From NCBI GenBank assembly GCA_002269645.1, contig NIVC01000807.1:62001-126000 (forward strand): a DNA stretch of 64,000 bases, given 5' to 3'. The notes under the pieces were generated by a model that was not told the DNA's origin, did no database searches, and saw only the letters and a program-made list of their open reading frames with translations. Position 1 is the stretch's first letter. Every line of letters begins with the position of its first letter. This document shows, in pieces, positions 49,231-60,000 of the stretch. Source of the DNA: Macrostomum lignano (Eukaryota). The position numbers and the translations under genes are program-made.

Positions 49231-52200
49231 AATAAACAAATGACAAATATAAACTATTTGACCTTTGTTACTCACTAGTGGGCCATGTACATTTTTGTAA
49301 TAGTATTTTAAATATTATTATTAAACCATAACCATTTAGTTGGTTACAGTATATTATGCTTAAGAGAACTAGAGAAATTGCTAGGGGAAATGGACAATTC
49401 TTTTTTCCAAAATGCAAGCCTGTCTCTTCTAGTCTTTTTAGGTCTTGGGGTCATCACAAGGATCTATCTCTAGTCTAAGGCTCTCATAAGGATATCATTG
49501 TGTATGCAGATTCAGGGGCAGATCCAGAAAATTTTTGAAAGGGGGGGGGGTAGGCAAGCTATACTAAGCACTACAAGTCAATATTATAAAATAGACCTTG
49601 CATAGTTACAGGCCAAAAAATTATGGTCTAGATACAAATACAAAATCCCAAGTTTTGCCAATCCTATGATTCTTGGGATTGGGATATTCTAGACTTCAAA
49701 TACCATGATTTTTAAGATCAGGATATCTTAGACTTTGCCAATCTTGGGATCCCAACAAATTTGACTAAGATCCTAAGATCTTGTGATCTTGGGATTAAAA
49801 AAGTTTCGAATCTTTGTTAGTGCTAAATTTGGTTTACAAAGCCATCTAATTTGATTTTAAAGGGCTTTTTTTTATAATTAAAGTAGAATAAAATAAAACA
49901 TTTTGCCAATTGCCATCATACTTGAATATGATGTAACTTGAAGAATGATAGCTTATAAAGCTATAGCATAGGTATTTATATCAGGGTTTAGGGTAAAAAG
50001 GGATCAGCCTTTACTCTCTTAGGAGAATCTATCCTAGATAGAAAATTGGTGGCTTGGGTTATAGTTGAATAGTAAGGTCCTACTGTTCTAATCCCAACTA
50101 TAGCTAGGGTAGTAGTCAGGTTAGCTAGGTTTAGTAGAGACTACTTAAAGTCATTCTGCTATTACCCTGCTATATTGCTATATTGGATGTCTATATTGCT
50201 ATGCATCTAGCATGTCCATGGGAAAAATCATGTAATATTAATCATCATTGCCACAACTTTTATTCCACTTTCTTTCTCTTTTTTACTTTTACCTATCTCA
50301 TTTGTATCCTATGTTGGCCTTCTATGGGGGAAAGATAGGCTGCAAGTTTGAATGTTTTTAGAAAGAGGTGGTTATATAGATTAGATTGAAAAGAGAAAGA
50401 AAAGCCAATAAGGCAGGTTTTGGGTGGGGAATGGAAATCTAAATTGTTAGGACAAGATTGAGGTTTTGATCATCATTAATTGAAAAAATATTAGGTCAAA
50501 ATAACTTGATGCAATTGGGGTTCTTCAATTTTTTATGTTATTGATCCCTAGGCAATTGAAAAATTTGGCTATTTGGCCCTTGTTTTGAAAAGGTTGCCAA
50601 CCCATGCTATAGATACTATTATTTGAAAATCAATGACTGAATTATTGCAAAGTAGGATTATGATCCAGATGGTTAATCTCAAGATTTTTAATCTTAGGAT
50701 TTAGGTCTAATAAAAATCATGGGATTTAGGTCTAATAAAAATCTTAGGATTAAGAATAATATGATTTGGGCTTAATCTTAGGATTCCAAGATCTTAGGAT
50801 TTGAAGATTATATTCTTTATTAAAACACTATTAGAGATAGAATAGATAAATGGACTTGATATAAACTATTTTATTAGCATTAATCAATATAATAGTTTGC
50901 TAGGCCTAATCTAGGTGCTATAATATATATTAAAAATATATTTATAGATCTTATCATATAGAATTTATTTCTAACCTTTTTAAAGTAGGCCTATAATAAG
51001 ATTTATGGCTTTAAAAAAGTGAATATTTAAGTCAAATGATATTGTACAATCCTAATTTATCTTGCTTTATAAGCTTACATTCTATTAATTCTAAAACTTT
51101 ATAAAACTATTTATTATAGGGCCTATTAACTAAAGTGAGATAAAATATATATAATAATGATATTTTACCTTGAAACTAAAATGTCCTAGACTCCTAGGCC
51201 CTATTTAGTTTTTCAAAAAATATAATAGTCTAATTTCTTTCCTTGATATAAAATAAAGATTGACAGGCTTAACTTTTATATAATTGAATATTATTAGTAT
51301 TAGGCATAAAAGGTTAAATGAAATTAGTCACTTATAGCTATAAATCCATAGTCCATTTTGTTACAGTTATGCTAAAAATCTCTTACATAGAATAATTCTA
51401 GACAAAAATTAGCCTTGGCATAAATGCTTGGGTAAGAATTAATAGAAAATTGGATTGGCAAAAATGGCTAGCGTAAAAACAATTATAGATGATCTTTTGG
51501 CACATTTCCCTGACAAGAAATAAATTTTGACTGTGGTTTTAATGACTATAGCTTATTTCAAGTATTTGAATACAATGGAGAATTTAAATTTAAATTTAAA
51601 CAACAACATTTTTTAGTATTTGTAAAAAGTAAAACAAAGTTTAAAGTCAAAAATTGTACTGTAAAAGAAAAACTATATTATTATCTTTTTAAGACTTATG
51701 TTTATAAAGTTTTAATTACAATATACAAATGGAAGCATTAATAAAAAATTTTTAATGAAAAAGGAAAATGTTTGTACAAACTGCCCTACACACCCCTTAG
51801 TCTAGGCGCCTAGCCTGCAATGCATAAGCCTGGCATAAGTCTGGCATAAATGATAAAATTTTATCATTTTTCCTCTGGCATAACTCAAAGCATGAAATGA
51901 ACTATGGCTATGAATTTATCATATCCTCATAATTGTAACATTGATTTTATTAGAATTTATTCTAATATGCAAATCTGTTAATATATAAAAAATTATGGAG
52001 TACTTATAGGCATAGCTATAATCATCAATATAAAATGCGTGTTCTGTAGGGCCCTCTGATAATCAAGTTGTGGCTTAGTGGGTATGTATATTGCCTTGTG
52101 AGTTGTGAGCAGCTAGGTTTGATTCCCAAGTGGTCACAGTTTTTTTATTTGAATTTTTTAGCAAACAGAAAATTTTCCATCTTGAACTTTTTAAGTTTAA

Positions 52201-52572
52201 AAAAATAATTAAATTAAATGAAAATAATTTTTTCAATAAGAGTAACACTAAATCTTAAAGTGCAGCCAATATGTATTGAAAAGTTATTTCTTTTTACTAG
52301 CTACATATATAATTGCGGTAGCACTTTAAAATGATTTTGTGTTACTCTTAAGAATTAATTTAATTTAATTAAAAAAAATAAAATTAAAAAATTTCTGACT
52401 TTTCAATTGATCAATCTTTTCATCCAATTGATGATTATATACATGGCAATGGCAGCCGTGCCTATAAGCTCCAATATTAGAGACACGGCCACCCCCCACC
52501 ATCCTGTGTCTCTAAGTGTGAACCCATTCAATATTAATGACATGGCCACCCACCGTGTCTCTAAGTGTGAAC

Positions 52573-53317
52573 TAGGGGTCACAAAATCCCATATTCTGTC
52601 AATCCCGGAATCCTGGGATTAGGAAATGTCAAATCTCAGGATCCCTAGATTATCTTGGGATCCCTAGATTATCTCGAGATTGATATTTTCCAGTACTATC
52701 CTTGTCACAACATTGTTATAATGTCATAAAAATGCTGCGACTGACATTTTTTATAACACTTACAGTTATGGTAGGAGCTAAAAGGGTAATGCTAAGCTGG
52801 TAATACAATATATAACATTATAAAAATGATGTTATTATACTCGTAGAATATTAAATACTACTCGTAATATCAATATTGTAATATGCATATGGGCCTATAG
52901 CTGTATGGGCCTAATGATGTATAATATATACTTGATTATGTAATGTACATGTATCACTGTGCAAAGCAATATGAATGTATACATTACATTTACAATCACA
53001 ACCTACTACTGTCTGGGCAGTGGGCATTCATGTTGTCAAGGTTGTTACAACATGCATTATGAGTTCAAAATTCAAAATCAATGCTAAATTATTTAAACAA
53101 GACTGAACTCAACATCAAAGAATATACAAAGTGGGCAACGGAGAGTGGACATGGATACATGTATGTTCTATATTTTACCTAACTGTCTTGCTTATTGCTA
53201 TTTTATTAGACATTATAAAAACATAGCATTACCTTTCTGGGATTGAATCCTGACCCTGTGAATCCCAGGATCCCATAAAAAGCCCTAAATCCTGGGATCC
53301 CAGGATTATGACCCCTA
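52573..53317. mobile_element. Non-autonomous hAT (hATm-like) element, 745 bp
   Basis: TIRs TAGGGGTCACAA / TTATGACCCCTA; 8-bp TSD GTGTGAAC (52565-52572) and GTGTAAAC (53318-53325); ATCC(C/T)(G/A)GGAT subterminal repeats at both ends. Confidence 0.75.
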
Positions 53318-53392
53318 GTGTAAACCCATTCAATATTAACGACACGGCTGCCATGCAAGTTTCATTGACACGACGGCCATGTCTCTAATAAT

Positions 53393-53589
53393 GACTAGGT
53401 CCATACTTATAGACACGGCTGCCGTGTCTATCTCAGAATCCAATAGCAACCATGGATTTAACAAACAAAAATAAAAAAACAAAAAAATTAAATAGATTCC
53501 AAAAAATCCTTAACTACAAAAGAAGGAAAAAATTTGATCTTTAAAAATTGATAGACATGGTTGCTGTGTCGATAAGTATGGACCTAGTC
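53393..53589. mobile_element. MITE-like element with about 40-bp imperfect TIRs
   Basis: GACTAGGTCCATACTTATAGACACGGCTGCCGTGTCTATC (53393-53432) is the reverse complement of 53550-53589 apart from a few substitutions; no TSD found. Confidence 0.5.
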
Positions 53590-54904
53590 GAATCACATAA
53601 GTCATAATAGTAAACACTAAAAGTAAAAATTAACAATAACAGTATCACTTAACAGTCAGTCAGACAGTAAGTAATTAAGTAACTTTGTAATTGTAAAAAT
53701 GTAACATTGGTCATTGAAGTCATGAATATCATATCATATCATGATATATGATATTCGATTTTTGATAATTGATAGTCATCACTGGAAATTCAAATTTGGA
53801 ATTTGACTCCACTTGGATTTGGACGAACGACCCACCTTTGGCATTTTTACTGATGGTAGTAGCCGTGCCCGTAACTTCAACTTCAAAATCTGCATCTGAA
53901 GATGCAACTGAAGATGCTCCATGAGATGAGTCCATTGCTGAATGCTGAGTTGCTCGTTGCATTGCAATTGTTAAAAGCTACGATTAATGAAATTTGAATT
54001 TTGAAATAGAAACAACATTAGAAATAACGACTATCGTATCGACTATCGTTTATTATATTGATTGATTGACATTTAATATACATTTTTTTATTATTCATTA
54101 TTGTATTGTCACGTACACTGACGTACCTTGTGTGCCATGCGCCGAGCCATGCACCGATGCACCGAGCCATGCGCCGATGCGCCGAGCCCATGCGCGCGGC
54201 GCAGTGAAGTGTGCGCCGTGCGCCGGCAAATTGCTGATTTGCGCCGGAAAATTCCGAGGATTCTACCGTCTTCCTGGCTATGGCTAGTCACTATTAGAGA
54301 CATGGCCACAATGTGTATAAGTTTCTGCATTATAGACATGGTCGCCATGTCTCTAAGTGTAGCAAAAAAATTATCTATATAGTATATTTAAAGATAGTAG
54401 CTTTTGTCTAGGCCCTAACTTATTTAAATGGCCAATATAGACCTAACCTAATATTTAATAAGAAATTAAGAATCACATTTAAATAAAATATTATGGGTGC
54501 TTTCTATACAAAATGTCTTATCATATGCAAATATGAAATAGGCAAAGTGATCAATAAAAAATTCTTATAGACAAAATTTCCAATACTAGTAACAATGGGT
54601 GGCAGGCCTGAACTTTATTAGGCCTATGAATTAATATTTAGACTAAAATTTTTATGTTGGAATCAGAGGCTATATTAGGACTAGACCTAAAAATTTAAAG
54701 GTCATAGTATAATTAGGACTATAGAGTATAGACACCAATACTTGCATCTGTAAGTAAATTCTGCAATTCAAGGTATAAGTAAATTCATTGACATTAAGCT
54801 AGGCATATGCGCGATGCCCAGGTAGCAGAGGTAGGTAAATGTCTTATCATATGTACACATAGCTTAACTATACACACCGAGGTATGTATAGTATAAGTTA
54901 GGCC

Positions 54905-55015
54905 GGCTATCCTGTAGTTTCGCACGTTTAATTATAACCCCCACCCCCACCACCCTTGAATAGAGGGCGAAATAATTCCGTAAAATAATTTAACGTGCGA
55001 AACTACAGGATAGCC
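54905..55015. mobile_element. 111-bp MITE with 31-bp TIRs and a perfect 8-bp TSD (Merlin-like termini)
   Basis: TIR GGCTATCCTGTAGTTTCGCACGTT(T/A)AATTAT; flanked on both sides by GTTAGGCC (54897-54904, 55016-55023). Confidence 0.75.
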
Positions 55016-56705
55016 GTTAGGCCTAGCATGCCTACAGCCTACTCTAATTATTTTTAAGTTTCAGAGGATAGAAACATGCATACATTAGTCATTTTTTACT
55101 TTTAATATCTATTCTGTTCAGTACTTTCACTTTTTTGTTTTTCAGTTGCACATCATGTTGATTTCTTCGTACTTGTACTTAGGACTTTTAATTATTTTCA
55201 GAATTCCCCGCCTGCCCAGGCATCAAGCATGCAGTTCCAGGAAACCAAAAAAACAAATCAACGTCTTACTCGCCAAATAAGTTACTTTCTGATCTTTTCA
55301 TGCTAAGAAGTAAGACCGTCTATTTTTAAACATTCATAAAAAAGTTGTTGTTTATCATTTTGCACATAGCTAACTGTAGTAATTTGTTTTAATGATTTGA
55401 ACGTGTTTTAGCTTACTCCATGGAGATTCATGAATATAACTGGATCGCCAGAAGCTTGATTTTTTCGGTTTCATTCATAGGCGAGTATCAGCTTGTCTTA
55501 CTGTGACTAAATCTTACGTCAAATGTTTTTTGCATAATTGCAAATTGCAAATTGCAAATTAACATATAATTATTTGCAATTAGGCTTATTACTATTTAGT
55601 AATGTCGCCCAGCTAGCAAGTGCCAGCAAGCAGGCACACGCTGTTTGATCGAACAAGCTCGGGGGCGGGGGGCAGTCAGTGGCGGTCAGGGGGTCAGGCC
55701 GATGCTCAGAAGGTCCTCCATCAATGTGGCTCGCAGGGCTTGTGGAATCATATTGAATTACATGATGTGCAGGCTTCCACAGCTCCCATGCAAATATAGA
55801 TGAGTTTCCAAAGGATGCGTATGTGTGGAATTATTACTTTGACCTATGACAGAATAACACCAGACCAATGTCACGGCTGACTAGCAAAAATTATTTTGTC
55901 TTTTAGAAAATTTATCATTGAAAAAAATAAAAAGAAAAAGGCAGCTAACACCGAGTTTATACTCAACTCTTCAACTCTTTTGCATTGTAAATGAAAAAAG
56001 AAAACGTAATTAAGCAGTAGCTCGTTTAACCGCGGGTGATAAATAAAATATGGTTATAACGAGTTTTCGTATATTTCTAATACATAAAGTCCCGTTGATT
56101 TATATCAACAGGTGAAAAGGCATGCGTTCGTTATCGATGGTTAGCTACGAGGCTTTGAGAAGACTGATGAAGGGAGTGTATCTTCATCCGAATGCGTGTA
56201 AGCTAAAATAAGAATCTGCTATATAACAGCTCAGTAGCAAATAGGCATAGAAAGAAATAAATATCTACAGTTAATGGCATGTAACACATGCAATGGCAGC
56301 AGATAAAAATTATCCTCTAGTAGCTTTACTCGAGCTAACGTGCTGCAGGTTTCAAACACGTTATACGAGTATTAGCTAGCTACTGCAATTCCAGCCGGTC
56401 AAAACAATAATAACAAAAAGGCGACAGAGAAATTACGCATTTACGAAAGTGTAGTAGCACTCAAAAAATGAAAGATCAAATTCGCAAATATTATACAAAG
56501 TGAGGAAGTTTACATTTTGACCAAATTTTCTTTTGAAAAAAATACTCCTTGAAACTGGCTTTGATTGGCTGTCGATGTATCGGAGTGAGAAAGCCAATCA
56601 TGCATTAGTTACGGCATACAAGTTTTAGCTTGCATGTCCTGGGTAGTAACCATCGCTACCCTGGTGAAGTTTTCTTAAGCACTACGAGCTACACTTGTCT
56701 GTAGG

Positions 56706-57000
56706 TTACAGCACGCTGGCGGAGCAGTTCTCACCCTCGGGCTCGCGCACAAAGGAGCTCCGACAGCACAGCAGAACGCTCTCGTCTTCAATAATACAGT
56801 CGCCGCTGCCTCCGGGACCAGCGTCAACTGCGCTGGCGTTGCTGTTGGGATCAACGTCGCCTCCTCTCTCACCAGCAGCCGCAGACTCTTCGCCGTTGTC
56901 GTCCGTGTCTTCTTCTTCTTCTTCACCGGCGTCGTCGTCGTCGTCGTCACCGTCGTCGTCGTCGCTGGCGCTGATCGCTGCGGCGCCGGCGCCACTCGGT
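56706..57000 (-). CDS. AGTPBP1: CCP1-like terminal exon, acidic Asp/Glu-rich tail
   Basis: Acceptor CGACAG|A matches phase 2; ends ...NCSASVL*. Confidence 0.75.
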
Positions 57001-60000
57001 CTGTCGCGAATGTGATTGCAGCGCAATGCTTTTCATAAGAATGTATTATTAATCGCACTGCTTTGATTTCGTAGATAGCCGCACGAAAATATGAGACCAA
57101 TAGCCTCACCAATATGGCTAATAGCGTCACCAATATGGCTAATAGCGTCACCAATATGGCTAATAGTGTCACCAATAAGGCTAATAGTGTCACCAATATG
57201 GTTAATGGCGTCACCAATATGGCTAATAGCGTCACCAATATGGCTAATAGCGTCACCAATATGGCTAATAGCGTCACCAATATGGCTAATAGCGTCACCA
57301 ATATGGCTAATAGCGTCACCAATATGGCTAATAGCGTCACCAATATGGCTAATAGCGTCACCAATAAGGCCAATATAGCGTCACCAATAGGGCTAATAGC
57401 GTCACCGATACGGCTAATAGCGTCACCGATACGGTTAATAGCATGGCCAGTGTGACAAATAAACATGATCAGTATCACTACTACAACAAAAAGCGTGGCT
57501 AATATCACTATGACCTCTATGACCAATAGCTGGGCTACATTGAGCAGTTGCCAATAGTATACCAATGTGATCAATTCATTTGGTAAATATTATGTATAAT
57601 CTAAATATGTATAATATTTACCAAGCTGACAATAATATCCAATTTATGACCAATAGCATGATAAAAATGACGCTATTCATGATCAATATAAGCAGCTAAC
57701 CTGAAAACCTTCCTCCTTCGGCCAGCTCTGCCCGAACCGGCGGCAGCCGACGACGCCGCCGATGCCGGCTGCTGCGCTGGCGGCGGATCCGCGCCCGGCG
57801 CCTCGCCCTGCGCCCAACGGAGAATCGCTTCGCCAAGCCTGGCGCCCATCTCCTCCAGCTCGCGGGTGCCCAGATGGCAGCCACGGTAGGGTCCCTGGTC
57901 GCAGCAGCTGTACGAGGCCTCCAAAGTGTAGGCGCGCAGGATGCCGAGGTGGCGCCAGGCGACAACGCGAGCCGTGGACTCCTTGGAGCGGTCCACCTGG
58001 GGCGGGTCGATGGGTACAGAGTGTTGAGTTTTGCACGGAACTATGGAACTTTGAATGCCGCAATGGGAAGGATCCGCTCACACAACAGGACCCACACACA
58101 ACTGGAGAACCCGCTCACACAACTGGAGAACCCGCTCACACAACTGGAGAACCCGCTCACACAACTGGAGAACCCGCTCACACAACAGGAAAACTCGCTC
58201 ACACAACAGGAAAACTCGCTCACACAACAGGAGAACCCGCTCACACAACAGAACCCGCTCACACAACAGGAAAACCCGCTCACACAACAGGAAAACCCGC
58301 TCACACAACAGGAGAACCCGCTCACACAACAGAACCCGCTCACACAACAGAACCCGCTCACACAACAGAATTCTCTCACACAACAGAATTCGCTCACACA
58401 AAAGAATTCGCTCACACAACAGGAGAACCCGCTCACATAACCCGCTCACATAATGGGAGAACCCACTCACACAATGGGAGAACCCACTCATACAATGGGA
58501 GAACCCACTCACACAACAAGAGAACCCGCTCACACAACAAGAGAACCCACTCACACAACAGGAGAACCCGCTCACACAACAAGAGAACCCGCTCACACAA
58601 CAAGAGAACCCGCTCACACAACAAGAGAAACCACTCACACAACAAGAGAACCTGCTCACACAACAGCACAGAGAGACACATCAAAGTCTGCACCGCACCT
58701 TGAAGTTGCAGTTCCGCCAGGCAAACGCGGGGCCATCTGAGCCAGAAGTCGCGGCAACTCCCGATATCCGGGATCCTCAATCCAAACGCCTCCTCCGGGG
58801 CCGCCGCTGACTGGTCTGACGCCGTTGTCATCGCGACGAGCTTCATTGTCGTTAGCCGGAGGTTCAGCGGCCAGCCAGCCGGGATTGTCGCGGTCATCAG
58901 GCAGCCAGCTAAGGCTGGGGAGCAGCCGAACATGAAGACGTTGTTGTGACGGGAGTGGCCGTGACAGTCGATGTACACAACTGGGCGGCGGCCGGACGAG
59001 CATAGGTAGCTCATGAGGCCCTGAGGGATAGCCAATCAACTAATAGCATTATCGATTAATCACCCGATCAACGAATCACCCGATCAGCTAATCATCTAGT
59101 CAACTAATCACCGATTAACTAATTGCCCGATCAACTAATTGCCCGATCAACTAATTACCCCATCAATTAATCACCCGATCAACTAATTATCCGATCAACT
59201 AATCACCTGATCAACTAATTACCCGATCAACTAATCACCTGATCAACTAATTACCCGATCAACTAATTATCTGTTTAACTAATCATCTAGTCAACTAATC
59301 ACCCGATCAACTAATCGCCCGATCAACTAATCACCTGATCAACTAATTACCCGATCAACTAATTATCTGTTTAACTAATCATCTAGTCAACTAATCACCC
59401 GATCAACTAATCACCCGATCAACTAATCGCCCGATCAACTAATCACCTGATCAACTAATTACCCGATCAACTAATTATCTGTTTAACTAATCATCTAGTC
59501 AACTAATCACCCGATCAACTAATCACCCGATCAACTAATCACCCGATCAACTAATCGCCCGATCAACTAATCACCTGATCAACTAATTACCCGATCAACT
59601 AATTATCTGTTTAACTAATCATCTAGTCAACTAATCACCCGATCAACTAATCACCCGATCAACTAATCACCTGATCAACTAATCACCCGATCAACTAATT
59701 ACCCGATCAACTAATTATCTGTTTAACTAATCATCTAGTCAAATAATTACCCGATCAACTAATCACCCGATCAACTAATCACCCGATCAACTAATCATCC
59801 GATTAACTAATCACCCGATCAACTAATCACCCGATCAACTAATCACCCGATCAACTAATTACCCGATCAACTAATTATCTGTTTAACTAATCATCTAGTC
59901 AAATAATCACCCGATCAACTAATCATCCGATCAACTAATCACCCGATCAACTAATCACCCGATCAACTAATCATCCGATCAACCAATCACCCGATCAACT

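Larger units (their letters stand above)
49260..54800. mobile_element. AT-rich, CpG-depleted cluster of nested, decayed non-autonomous DNA transposons
   Basis: Decayed ATCCCGGGAT subterminal arrays (49640-49800, 50660-50810, 52580-52690, 53235-53310), CAGGGGCAGATCCAG terminus-like motif at 49513, TIR/TSD elements inside; no intact transposase ORF. Confidence 0.6.
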
